Shown one piece after another: positions 19,352-28,496 of a DNA stretch of 64,000 nt. This DNA comes from a bacterium (GTDB lineage Bacteria; RBG-13-61-14; DATKZS01): NCBI GenBank assembly GCA_963674965.2, contig CAXXFL010000001.1, positions 352,001 to 416,000 of the forward strand, given 5' to 3'. The translations under genes were made by a program, and so were the position numbers. The notes under the pieces were generated by a model, which saw only the letters and a list, made by a program, of their open reading frames with translations, did no database searches and was not told the DNA's origin. Each line of letters begins with the position of its first letter. The first letter of the stretch is position 1.

Positions 19352-19547
19352 TCCCCCGCCAGGGGGATGACATGAATAGCCGTAGGCTTCCAGCCTACGG
19401 GAAAGCGTCCGAATTATCCGCGGCCCTGAAGGGGCCGGACCAAAAAACTTCTCGACAAGTTCGCCCCTTCCAGGGGCGCGTAACTTTGGGGCAAGCCTTC
19501 CGTAGGCCAACGGCCTACGGCTATTCATGTCAACCCCCTCCGGGGGA
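19352..19547. repeat. REPIN/BIME-like nested palindromic element
   Basis: Perfect 20-bp IR TGACATGAATAGCCGTAGGC (19368-19387) / GCCTACGGCTATTCATGTCA (19513-19532), plus three mirrored pairs of small hairpins. Confidence 0.8.
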
Positions 19548-19632
19548 CGGCGGCGGCGACAATGATATAAATCTTGCCATCTCCTCGGCGCGACGTAAAT
19601 GCCAACGCGCCTCAAATCAGCCGACCCTAGCC

Positions 19633-21204
19633 CTAGTACGCGGGCTGCTTGAGCTCGAAGGACACCGACTGGTGGGCGCCGTTGCCGCCCCTGGGCTTGG
19701 CCGCCTCGGCCCTTACCCGGTTGGGGTCCACTCCCGCCGACAAAAGGTAATTGAGGGCCTCCTGGGCCCTCTCCCGGGCCAGCGCCAGGTTGGCGTCGGC
19801 GTCTCCCTCGCTCCGGGCGTGGCCCACCACCAGCAGGTAGTATTGCGGCCACGACTCGAGCTTCCGAGCCAGGTTGTCCATGTCCCGCCGGCTCTGGACG
19901 TTAATGCGGGCCGTTCCCCTGGCGAAGCTGATGGGCTCGATCCGAAGGCTGCCCACCGGCGACAGCTTGTTCCATTCGGCCTCGGAAAGGGGCCTCACCG
20001 CCGCCGAGGTACGGACCTCGTCCAGGTCGTCCGAGTTAAGGCCCAGCCCGTCGATCACGTCTACCTTCTTGGCGGGATGGAAGTTGGCCGCCTGAAGGCT
20101 TCTCAATACGCCGTCGTAAAAAATCGTGTTCGCCTTGCCGCCCAGCGGGTCCTGGCTCATGGCCCCGGTCTTGATAAGGACGTCGGTGATGTTGGCGATG
20201 ATATCCTCGATATGCTGGGCCTGGCCGGCCTGGTGCAGGCCGAAGTAGGCGTAGTTCTCGAGGGTGTTCTTCCACTCGATCCCCTCGACCAGCTTCCTCG
20301 CCTGCTCGTCGGTAAGGGACTCGGACCCGGTGGCCTTGGCGTCGCTTTTGACCAGGGCCTCCATGCCCCCGGTCTTGTGCTCGCTCGAGTAGGCCGAGCG
20401 GAAGTAGGCCTCGACAACGGCCCGGACCAGGTCGGGGTTGTCGCGCAGAAATGTCCTTTCCGCCACCAGCACGTCAACGATGTAGCCCTTCAGCTTGCCC
20501 GAGTCCAGAAGCAAATGGGCCCCGTCGTACTCGAGGGCCCTCGAGACGTAGGGCTCCCACATCACGTAGGCCCTTTTCGAGTTCACGTCCGAGGAGGTCA
20601 TCTTCTTGAAAACGTCGCCCGCCCCGTCGGCCTCCTCCCACCACTTGTCCGGCAGACTGGGAAGGTTGAAGTGGGCTATCACCGTCCGGGCCAAAAACTC
20701 GCTGGGCGAGTTGGGCGTGAGCACGATCCTGGCCTCGGGGTCGTCCAGGTCCTGGACGCTGGCCACGGCGTCCTTAAAGGCCACGATGGCGTCGGCGCCC
20801 TTGGTCTCGTCTATGACCATGACGATGGTGGCGGGAAACTTGCCGATCTTTTCGCCCGAGGTCAAGAAGGAGTCGATGGTAAAGACGGCCATCTGGATTT
20901 TCCTGGAGGCCAGTGCCTTCATGCGGGACTCGTAGTCAGCCGCGTCGTCCTCCACCACCAGCTTGACGCCCTGGGCCTTGAGGTCGTTCCTCATGGCGTC
21001 GCTTCGCAGCACGCAGTAGCCCGAGAAGGAGTCGGCCGCCAGGACGATCTCGTTCTTGTACTGGCTCGAGGAACTGGTCTCGTCGGTCAACTCTCCCCTC
21101 AGCCTCGGCAGGATAAGAAACTTGGTGGCCACGGCCAGGGCGGCCAGGATCACGATCCAAACCGCCGCCGCCGCCAGTATGCCCTTGACGCTTTTTCCGG
21201 CCAT
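19633..21204 (-). CDS. Membrane-anchored NMT1-type substrate-binding protein fused to a C-terminal OmpA-like domain
   Basis: N-terminal TM helix; ADSFSGY, DETKGADAIV, WEPYVS, IVDVLV (PBP2 fold); C-terminal VVGHA...ANLALARERAQ...YLLSAGVDPNRV (OmpA-like). Confidence 0.87.
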   Translation of the reverse strand: MAGKSVKGILAAAAVWIVILAALAVATKFLILPRLRGELTDETSSSSQYKNEIVLAADSFSGYCVLRSDAMRNDLKAQGVKLVVEDDAADYESRMKALASRKIQMAVFTIDSFLTSGEKIGKFPATIVMVIDETKGADAIVAFKDAVASVQDLDDPEARIVLTPNSPSEFLARTVIAHFNLPSLPDKWWEEADGAGDVFKKMTSSDVNSKRAYVMWEPYVSRALEYDGAHLLLDSGKLKGYIVDVLVAERTFLRDNPDLVRAVVEAYFRSAYSSEHKTGGMEALVKSDAKATGSESLTDEQARKLVEGIEWKNTLENYAYFGLHQAGQAQHIEDIIANITDVLIKTGAMSQDPLGGKANTIFYDGVLRSLQAANFHPAKKVDVIDGLGLNSDDLDEVRTSAAVRPLSEAEWNKLSPVGSLRIEPISFARGTARINVQSRRDMDNLARKLESWPQYYLLVVGHARSEGDADANLALARERAQEALNYLLSAGVDPNRVRAEAAKPRGGNGAHQSVSFELKQPAY

Positions 21205-21207
21205 GCC

Positions 21208-22206
21208 TCAGCTCCTCTCTTTTGGGCCGGCCTTGCTCTTTTTCCTTCTCGAGCCTACGGTCCTGGCCGCCGCGTAGACCCCGGCGAAGGCGAACAGTTG
21301 GGCATAGGAGAACATGCCGCCCAGGCATCCCTGGCCCGACCTTTTCGATCCGGAGTTTTGGGGCGGAGTCTTCCGGGCCGTATCGGCGGGGGGCGTCTCC
21401 TTTGAAGGCGGAGTTTCCGGCGGAGGCTCGGTCACGGGCTGGGGCTTGGGCGGCTTCTCGCCGATGGGATGGTTGCCGCTTTCGGTCAGGGCCTCGACCA
21501 TGGCCATGGCCATCTCGTCTGGTATTCCCTCGAGGGCGGAGAAGGCGTCCTCACTCGCCGCGTCGCTTCCAGTGCCGGCCACCTCGGCGAAGACCTCGGC
21601 CACCGCCTTTTTGAGGGAGGCCGGGTCGTCGGCGCGCCTGTAGGAGTTGACCTTGGTGGCCAGGGTATGGTTGCCGGCCATGGCCACGCCGATCACGTCC
21701 ACCGTGACGCCCCGGGCCATGACCTCGGGCGTGTATTCCTCGACCAGCCTGGTGTCCTCGGCCTCCCCGTCCGTCACGATGAGGAGGCGGTAGGAACCGT
21801 AGCCGTACTGCTTGTTCCTTTGCTCGAGCAGCTTGTCGGCGCCCTTCTTGATATACGCTCCAAGAGGGGTGCCGCCGCCGGGCAGGGGCTCGTTGATGGC
21901 GCGCTCGAGCTCCGCGTCGTGGCGGGGCCCCAGCTCGTAGGCCCAGTCGTTCTCGAGGTTCCTGGCGCTGAACACCAGAAGTCCCACGTTGACGTCGGGG
22001 GGAACGGTTTTCAGCACCTCGCGCAGGGCCGTCTTGGCCGCGTCCATTTTCTTGATCTTGGTCCCCCGCATGGTCCCGTCCATGGAACCCGAGGAATCCA
22101 GCACGATGACGACGTTGTCGGCGGCCAGGTCGTCGCCCGCTCCCGCTCCGCCGGCGGAAAGAGCCAGGGCCATAATGGCCGCCAGTATCAATCCGTTTCT
22201 TTTCAT
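21208..22206 (-). CDS. Exported vWA-domain protein with Pro-rich linker and C-terminal membrane anchor
   Basis: Signal peptide; MIDAS motif VLDSSGSM, GGTP, VTDGE; PPKPQP linker; GC-hydrophobic-RRKK tail. Confidence 0.9.
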   Translation of the reverse strand: MKRNGLILAAIMALALSAGGAGAGDDLAADNVVIVLDSSGSMDGTMRGTKIKKMDAAKTALREVLKTVPPDVNVGLLVFSARNLENDWAYELGPRHDAELERAINEPLPGGGTPLGAYIKKGADKLLEQRNKQYGYGSYRLLIVTDGEAEDTRLVEEYTPEVMARGVTVDVIGVAMAGNHTLATKVNSYRRADDPASLKKAVAEVFAEVAGTGSDAASEDAFSALEGIPDEMAMAMVEALTESGNHPIGEKPPKPQPVTEPPPETPPSKETPPADTARKTPPQNSGSKRSGQGCLGGMFSYAQLFAFAGVYAAARTVGSRRKKSKAGPKERS

Positions 22207-22225
22207 GGCCCCATCCCCCCTTGAA

Positions 22226-24067
22226 TTAAAAGTCGAAGTCGCTCGAGGAGGCGGCCTCGGCCGTCACCCGGAGAAGGCGGAACTCGACGCGCATGTTCTG
22301 CTTGGCCTCCTCCATGCTTCTGGGCTTGGCGATGAAGGGCTCCCGAATGCCCGCGCCCACGGCCTGTATCTGGCTCTTGTCCAGCCGTACGCCCTTTTTG
22401 CCCGCGTATTGGATGACCGAGTCCCTGACCGCCTCGGCCCTCTCGCGGGAGAGGTTGAGGGCGGCCTGCATGGTCTGGCGCGGGTTGACGCCCGCGGCGC
22501 CGTCGAACTCGCCCGCCTGTATCAACTCGACTATCTTGCCCGTGTCCTTGAGGTCGAGCGGCCTTCCCTTGAAGGAATACGAGTAGTTGCCCGAGCTTCC
22601 CGAGCGCTTGAGGACGCCCTTTTCCATGCCGGCGTTGACCAGGTCCAGGAGGGTCTTGGTGGGGTCCGAGTGTCCGCGGATGACGATGACGGCGTTTCCG
22701 TAGCGGTTGGCGGTCTCGACCACCCTCTGGTACTCGACTCCGTACTGGACGTCGCTGAACTCGTTCTGGTTGGGCTCGAAGTTGATGGTGAAGCTGACGA
22801 TGGTCCGGTCGTCCAGTCCCCCTCCGCTCTCGAGGGCCTCGATCTCCTTAAGGACCGCCTCGGCCCGGAAACGGTCTCCCTGCTCGACCTTGGTCTTGGT
22901 CAGGTAGCCGGTGAAGGCGGTCGAGTTATAGTCGAAATCGGGCTTGAAGAAGCCGCTTCTCACCGAGGCGTAGCCCCTGCCCGCGGCGAGGTCGAGGGCC
23001 GATTTCTGAAAGGCGTCGAATCCGGAGAGGTTGTTCTTCTGGGTGAAGAAGGCCACGTTGCCGGGGTAGCCCACCAGGGTGCAGTCCGCCAGAAGCCCGT
23101 GGGCGTCCTCCTCGAGGGTCGGTATGGTCTCCTGCCCGTAAATGTCCTGGGTCATCTTGAGGAGGGCCATGTACTCCTTGCTTCCCTTGGCCTCGTAGGC
23201 CTTCTTCAGATCGACAACCTCCTCGCTGGCCTTGAAGTAGCCGGCCACGAACTTCGAGACCAGGTCGCGGTTGGCGTCGAAAAAGTCCTTGCGGCAGGCG
23301 TACACGTCCGCTATCGAGCGCGACATCTCGGCCGTCGAGACCAGTACCCTGGCCCCCTTGACCGTGCCCTCCGCGCCGGTGCCCGCGTTCTGGAGACCGC
23401 CGGTCAGGCCGATCATGTCGGGGCTGATCACGAAGCAGGCGTCCAGGTCGTCGTTCTTCCTGAACATCTCGGCCGGCGACTTGGCGGTGCCGGTCAGGTC
23501 CTCGGCCCAGACCACGGTCACGTCGTCCCAACTCAGGCGCGCGGTCTTAAGTACGTCGTCGAACATGCCCACGTGGGGCCCGCCCTGCTGGAGGACCACT
23601 TTTTTGCCCTTCAGGTCGGCGATGGTCTTCACGCTTTTGCGGGCCACCATGTGGTCGCCGGCGGACCAGGTCATCTGCATGATAATCACGGGCTTGGTGC
23701 GGGCGTCGCTTCCGATAACCTCGCTGGCCATGCCCATCATGCGGAAGGTCCCCCTTAAAAAGGGCGTCTCGCCGGACATGTAATTCTTCACCTGTCCCAC
23801 GAAGTCGTCGCCCGCCACCAGCTTTAAGTTGAGGCCGAGATTCTGGTAGATGCTTCCCGGCTTGGTGGCAAGGCCCCCGTTGGCGTAAAAGGTCACCATG
23901 TCGCCGCCCCAGGTGATATAGGGCACGGTCAAGGGCGAGGTTTTAGTGACGTTTCCGACCTTGACCGGTCCGACCAGGTCCTTGAAGCTTTGCTCTCCCG
24001 CGGCCCGGGCGGTAAAGACCGCCGCGAAAGCCAGGATCGAGGCGGCCAACCTTATTTTCAATCTCAT
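22226..24067 (-). CDS. Exported NMT1-type substrate-binding protein fused to an OmpA-like domain carrying an insertion
   Basis: Signal peptide from ATG 24067 (GGAGG RBS); ITWGGD, TWSAGDH, IADVY; C-terminal INFEPNQ, IRGHSDP...NLSRERAEAVR...AVGAG...NMRVEF. Confidence 0.85.
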   Translation of the reverse strand: MRLKIRLAASILAFAAVFTARAAGEQSFKDLVGPVKVGNVTKTSPLTVPYITWGGDMVTFYANGGLATKPGSIYQNLGLNLKLVAGDDFVGQVKNYMSGETPFLRGTFRMMGMASEVIGSDARTKPVIIMQMTWSAGDHMVARKSVKTIADLKGKKVVLQQGGPHVGMFDDVLKTARLSWDDVTVVWAEDLTGTAKSPAEMFRKNDDLDACFVISPDMIGLTGGLQNAGTGAEGTVKGARVLVSTAEMSRSIADVYACRKDFFDANRDLVSKFVAGYFKASEEVVDLKKAYEAKGSKEYMALLKMTQDIYGQETIPTLEEDAHGLLADCTLVGYPGNVAFFTQKNNLSGFDAFQKSALDLAAGRGYASVRSGFFKPDFDYNSTAFTGYLTKTKVEQGDRFRAEAVLKEIEALESGGGLDDRTIVSFTINFEPNQNEFSDVQYGVEYQRVVETANRYGNAVIVIRGHSDPTKTLLDLVNAGMEKGVLKRSGSSGNYSYSFKGRPLDLKDTGKIVELIQAGEFDGAAGVNPRQTMQAALNLSRERAEAVRDSVIQYAGKKGVRLDKSQIQAVGAGIREPFIAKPRSMEEAKQNMRVEFRLLRVTAEAASSSDFDF

Positions 24068-24149
24068 TATAATCCTCCCTCCGCTGTATGATCGATTCGA
24101 TACTTCCCCGTGAGGCATAACTATCCCATTATGGCTTTAATTTAAGGAT

Positions 24150-24178
24150 TTTATACAACGGCGCGGCCTTGGCGTCAA
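24150..24178 (-). promoter_or_regulatory. Sigma70-type promoter for the SBP/PspA/AAA operon
   Basis: TTGACG-17 bp-TATAAA on the minus strand, about 80 bp upstream of ATG 24067. Confidence 0.55.
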
Positions 24179-24287
24179 GGTTTCGCCTTTATTCATAAAT
24201 GATGGCGGACCCGATAATTGCCGCTCCTCTTTTTATTTTTGCTTTCCCCGGGTCTTTGAATGAAAATGGTTTCGCGTCGGCGTTGAA

Positions 24288-25682
24288 ATGGATTTACTTC
24301 TTTATACCTCCGTGGACCCGTTCAGTTATCAGATCATACCGGACCTGGGTCTCATGTACGTGGCGGCGGCGGCTCGCGGCTCGGGCTTCGGCGTCGCGAT
24401 CAAGGACTGCCGCAAGGAGGGCTGGGACGCGAGACGGGCGGGTGACCACGCGGGCCGGGAGAAGCCTCTGGTGGTGGGCGTCAAGAGCTACTCGAACGAG
24501 GCCTCGCGTACCTCGGAGATGGCGGCCGAGATCAGGCGGTCCCTGCCCGGGGCGGTCATCATCATGGGCGGTCCTTATCCGTCCATGGACCCGGCGGACG
24601 TTCTGGCCCGTTCTCCGGAGGTTGATTACGCCTTTATGGGGGAGGCGGAAAAGAGCCTTCCCCTTTTTATGGAGTGGGTCAAGGCGGGCCGGGCGGGCGA
24701 GCCCCCCTCCAGCGTGGCCGGCGTGGCCTACAGAAAAGACGGGCGGACGGTCGTCCGTCCACCCGAGTTCCACCGGGACCTCGAGGACCTTCCCCTCCCG
24801 GCCTGGGACCTGATGCCTCCCGAGAAGTACCCGGACGAGGCGGCGGGCATATTCACGCCCGGCTTTCCGGCCGCCCCCATGATGCTCTCGAGGGGATGCC
24901 CCTTCCAGTGCGCCTATTGCGGCGGTCGCTACGTCATGGGTCCCCGCATCAGGTACCGGCCGGCGGCAAGCGTCATCCGGGAGATCGACCTTTTACAAAA
25001 AGAGCACGGCGTCAAGTCGGTCACCTTCGTGGACGACGGCTTCACCACCTCGAGGGAGAGGGCGATCGAGCTGTTCCAGGCCCTGGCCGGGCGCGAGCGA
25101 AAGATCGGCTTCACCTTTCCCAACGGGGTGCGGGCCGACAGCCTGGACCCGGAGATGGTGAGGCTGATGGAAAAGGCCGGCTGCTATTCCCTGGCCCTGG
25201 GGATCGAAAGCGGCTCGGACGAGACCTTGAAGCGGATGAGGAAGCGGCAGACCGTGGAGGGGGTCAGAAAGACGGTCGAGATGATAAGACGCGAGTCGTC
25301 CATACGGGTGACGGGGTTCTTCATTCTCGGCTACCCCGGCGAGAGCCTGGCCGACGTGCGGGAAACCATCAGGTTCGCCGCCGGACTGCCCATCCATCAC
25401 GCCCACTTCTGTCTTTTCATTCCCGTGCCGGGGACCCCCGTCCACGAGGAGTTGCTCGAGAAAGGCTGGATATCGGACCGCTACTGCGACCCCGAGGACC
25501 TGACCATCGACCGGGCCGGGACCGAGCTTCCCGGCCTTCCCACCCGGAAGCTCCTGCGTCTCCACCAATACGCCTACCTGCGTTTCTACTCGTCCCCCTG
25601 GCGGGCGCTGAACCTGGTCCTCCAGCTTCACGGCGGCGGCCATTTCAAGGTCATCCTTCGAAGGTTCTTAAAGCTGTTCTGA
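24288..25682 (+). CDS. Cobalamin-binding-domain radical SAM protein
   Basis: N-terminal B12-binding-like domain (PDLGLMYVAA, MGGPYPS, GEAE); SRGCPFQCAYC; GIESGS; GFFILGYPGE. Confidence 0.92.
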   Translation: MDLLLYTSVDPFSYQIIPDLGLMYVAAAARGSGFGVAIKDCRKEGWDARRAGDHAGREKPLVVGVKSYSNEASRTSEMAAEIRRSLPGAVIIMGGPYPSMDPADVLARSPEVDYAFMGEAEKSLPLFMEWVKAGRAGEPPSSVAGVAYRKDGRTVVRPPEFHRDLEDLPLPAWDLMPPEKYPDEAAGIFTPGFPAAPMMLSRGCPFQCAYCGGRYVMGPRIRYRPAASVIREIDLLQKEHGVKSVTFVDDGFTTSRERAIELFQALAGRERKIGFTFPNGVRADSLDPEMVRLMEKAGCYSLALGIESGSDETLKRMRKRQTVEGVRKTVEMIRRESSIRVTGFFILGYPGESLADVRETIRFAAGLPIHHAHFCLFIPVPGTPVHEELLEKGWISDRYCDPEDLTIDRAGTELPGLPTRKLLRLHQYAYLRFYSSPWRALNLVLQLHGGGHFKVILRRFLKLF

Positions 25683-25709
25683 AAAGAGAGCGCCAAGGCC
25701 CCCGCCCGA

Positions 25710-26696
25710 TTATTCCCGATCTTTTTCGCCCACGACTTTGGAGACGACCGGCTCGGCCAGCATCCCGGCCAGTATCCGGTTGGCCCTTTCATTCGGATGG
25801 AAATCGGACTGGCTCACCACCAGGTCCGAGGCGCCGGTCTGCTGGAACTCGGCAAGCGGATCGACCCAGGTGACGCCCATTTTATCCAGCGCCTGGTGGA
25901 GGCGGCCCCTTTCCTCGGCGAAAAGGTCCTCATCGTCGAGAAAAGGATAGGATACGGCCACGAGGGGAGTCCCGGCCTCGCGGCAGGTGGAGACGACTTT
26001 ATCGAGGTCGCCGATAAACGTCGGCCAGTACTCGCCGTCCGGGTCGTACATCTCGGACACGTGGAGGAAGAAGAGGCGGTTGATCTCCCTGGCCAGCGGC
26101 CCCGCCATGAGCGGCTTTAAAAAGGAGACCTTCGCCCACCGGGAGTTCTTCCAGGCCTCGATCTTTTCCGAGCGAGGAACGAAAGGCTCGCGCTCGGGGT
26201 CGTTTATCTCGGTTATAACCAGGACGACGAGGTCGGGACGAAGGGAAAGAACGCGCGGCTTGAGGACGATGAGGTAGTCCTTCATATTGTAGCCGCGGAC
26301 CCCGGCGTTGATGACCTCCCATTTTTCGTCCGGATGTTTTTGGGCGAGGACACGGCCCAAAATAACGGGTATGGTCGAGTCCTCCTCCACCCCCTGGCCG
26401 AAAACCACCGAGTCGCCCAGGACGACCACGCGGCGGGCGCCCGCCTTCTCGCGTGAAATCTCGGCCCCCCTGTAACCGAGGGAGTCGATCCGTACAGAGA
26501 CGCCGTTCAACGCGCCCTCCATGCCCGGCGCGTGCTCATGGGCCAGCCCGGGCATGGACCCGGGCCGGTAGAACCCGGGAGTATCGGGAACGCCCGCCGT
26601 TGGCCCGCTTATCGACGCGAGGTAAATAATAAAGGCCGCGGCGAGGGCGGCGGTGAAAACAAGGGCGGCAAACGTGATTTTACGGCTTCTTTTCAT
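25710..26696 (-). CDS. SGNH/GDSL hydrolase family protein, membrane-anchored
   Basis: N-terminal TM, LGDSVVFG, INAGVRGY, ND, DFHPN. Confidence 0.9.
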   Translation of the reverse strand: MKRSRKITFAALVFTAALAAAFIIYLASISGPTAGVPDTPGFYRPGSMPGLAHEHAPGMEGALNGVSVRIDSLGYRGAEISREKAGARRVVVLGDSVVFGQGVEEDSTIPVILGRVLAQKHPDEKWEVINAGVRGYNMKDYLIVLKPRVLSLRPDLVVLVITEINDPEREPFVPRSEKIEAWKNSRWAKVSFLKPLMAGPLAREINRLFFLHVSEMYDPDGEYWPTFIGDLDKVVSTCREAGTPLVAVSYPFLDDEDLFAEERGRLHQALDKMGVTWVDPLAEFQQTGASDLVVSQSDFHPNERANRILAGMLAEPVVSKVVGEKDRE

Positions 26697-26871
26697 CTTC
26701 GGTTGGTTGTATACCAGCCGCCAAAGGCCAGGTCAAGAATTGGTACTTTTTTTTAAAAACATTCGCCCGCCGACGGAACGAGTCTCCAGACGCCTCCGTT
26801 CCTGGAGCGGCGCCGCGCGTTGGAGGTGGAGGGGGGCTTGGTGTTATCATCATCGCTGAAAGGAGTGACGC

Positions 26872-28461
26872 GTGTTTTCGAGGAATTCCAGCGACGAGGA
26901 GATAGCGGCCCGGATTCCGGCCACCATGGGGACTCAGCATCCGGACAACTCGAAGGTGGTCCCCTTTGGCGACGACCTGATACCGGCGGGAACCAGCAGG
27001 AAGGTCCCCTTTAACCTCGAGCCGCTCGAGGTCCACTACAACTTTTCCGAGTTGGGGATCGACGAGGTAATGATCGACTTCGAGGGCAAGGTCGGCCATC
27101 CCGCTCCCCTGGCCTCGATCGTCGAGTTCGACCCGGACTTTTACGAGCGCAACCCGATCGGCTCGGACGTTTTCGTCACGCCCCGCGTTCCCAACCCGGC
27201 CAAGTCGGGAGCGGACCCCATCTTCGAGCAGAGCCTGGGGCCCTTCCTCAACTCCCTGGTGGTGAACCTCCACCGCCGGGGTTGGAAGGGGCAGCCGATT
27301 CGGGAGTTCGTTCTTCCCCAGGTCTCGGGCGGCGAGATGGTGGCCCGCATCGAGAGGCGTCTGCTCGATCATTACGAGCGCTACAAGTCCGAGTACCATG
27401 AGGACTTCCCCGATAAAGATTTTCCCTTCTCGGGAGATTTTTTCGTCTGGGGCGTTCCTCTCATCGAGGAGGTCGAGATACTTTCGGACCCGCGCCGGGT
27501 CTGGGACGAGCTGGTTCAAAAGCGCAAGGAGTACACGGGCAAGGACACCTATTTTATCCGGACCTTCGACGCCAGGAGCGATCCCGCCCTGCAGGCGGGC
27601 ATGGTAAGCGCGATCCTTTCCATTTCCCTTTGCGTCTCGCGGGGCATGCAGTACGAGAAGGAAAAAGGGATAAGGGTCCTTCACATCCTGGGGGCGGGGT
27701 CGGCTCCTTTCCGGGGCGGGGCCATGCCCTTCGACGCGGACAAATTCCTCGAGACCTACCCGGGCATAAGCACTTTGACCCTGCAATCGGCCTTCCGCTA
27801 CGACTGGCCCCAGTCGGTGGTCCGGGACGAGGCTCGGGACCTGCGCTGCAAGATAAGGGAGCGCTGGCTGAAAAGACGCGAACTGGTAAGGGTGTTCGGC
27901 GAGGAGGAGGCGGAACTCCTGACGAGGGTCATGGCGGCTTTCAAGAACGGGTATGCGCGGTCGGTAAGCGAGTTGGCCCAGCCGGCGCTGGAGGTCGCCT
28001 CCCGCGTCCCCTCTCACCGCGACCGGACCAAGTTCAAAGGGACCGGGGGCTACGGCCGCGACGTGATGGGGACCAGGTTCCCCCGAGCGATAAAGTACAC
28101 CTCGTCCTTTACCAGCCTGGGCGTTCCCCCCGGGCTCCTGGGCCTGGGCGCGCTAAAGGACCTGGACGAGGAATCGATCAAGGCGGCCGAGCGGGCCAAT
28201 TCCATGATCCGGTACTGGGTGGGCAGGTCTCTTCTTCTTCTCAACGAGGACAACCTCGCCCGGCTGCACAAGAAGTACAAGATACCGGGCGTTCTGGAGG
28301 ACGTGGAGGCGGCCAAGAGCTGGGCCGAGGTCCTTGCCCGCGAGACGAGCCACCGCAACCATCACGCCCTGACCTCGGAAATCCTGGACCGGATGCTCTC
28401 CGGCCGCGACTACGTCCGGCCCCTTCTCGAGGCCGCCGAGGAGAGGCGCTACCTGGGCTGA
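26872..28461 (+). CDS. ppcA: Archaeal-type phosphoenolpyruvate carboxylase
   Basis: IPATMGTQHPDN, DFEGK, TPRVPNP, PLIE, ARSDPAL, GAGSAPFRG, TLQSAFRYD, PRAI, GVPP. 529 aa, much shorter than bacterial Ppc. Confidence 0.9.
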   Translation: MFSRNSSDEEIAARIPATMGTQHPDNSKVVPFGDDLIPAGTSRKVPFNLEPLEVHYNFSELGIDEVMIDFEGKVGHPAPLASIVEFDPDFYERNPIGSDVFVTPRVPNPAKSGADPIFEQSLGPFLNSLVVNLHRRGWKGQPIREFVLPQVSGGEMVARIERRLLDHYERYKSEYHEDFPDKDFPFSGDFFVWGVPLIEEVEILSDPRRVWDELVQKRKEYTGKDTYFIRTFDARSDPALQAGMVSAILSISLCVSRGMQYEKEKGIRVLHILGAGSAPFRGGAMPFDADKFLETYPGISTLTLQSAFRYDWPQSVVRDEARDLRCKIRERWLKRRELVRVFGEEEAELLTRVMAAFKNGYARSVSELAQPALEVASRVPSHRDRTKFKGTGGYGRDVMGTRFPRAIKYTSSFTSLGVPPGLLGLGALKDLDEESIKAAERANSMIRYWVGRSLLLLNEDNLARLHKKYKIPGVLEDVEAAKSWAEVLARETSHRNHHALTSEILDRMLSGRDYVRPLLEAAEERRYLG

Positions 28462-28496
28462 GCGTTCCCGATTTTAATCGGCCGCAAGGCGGTCCT

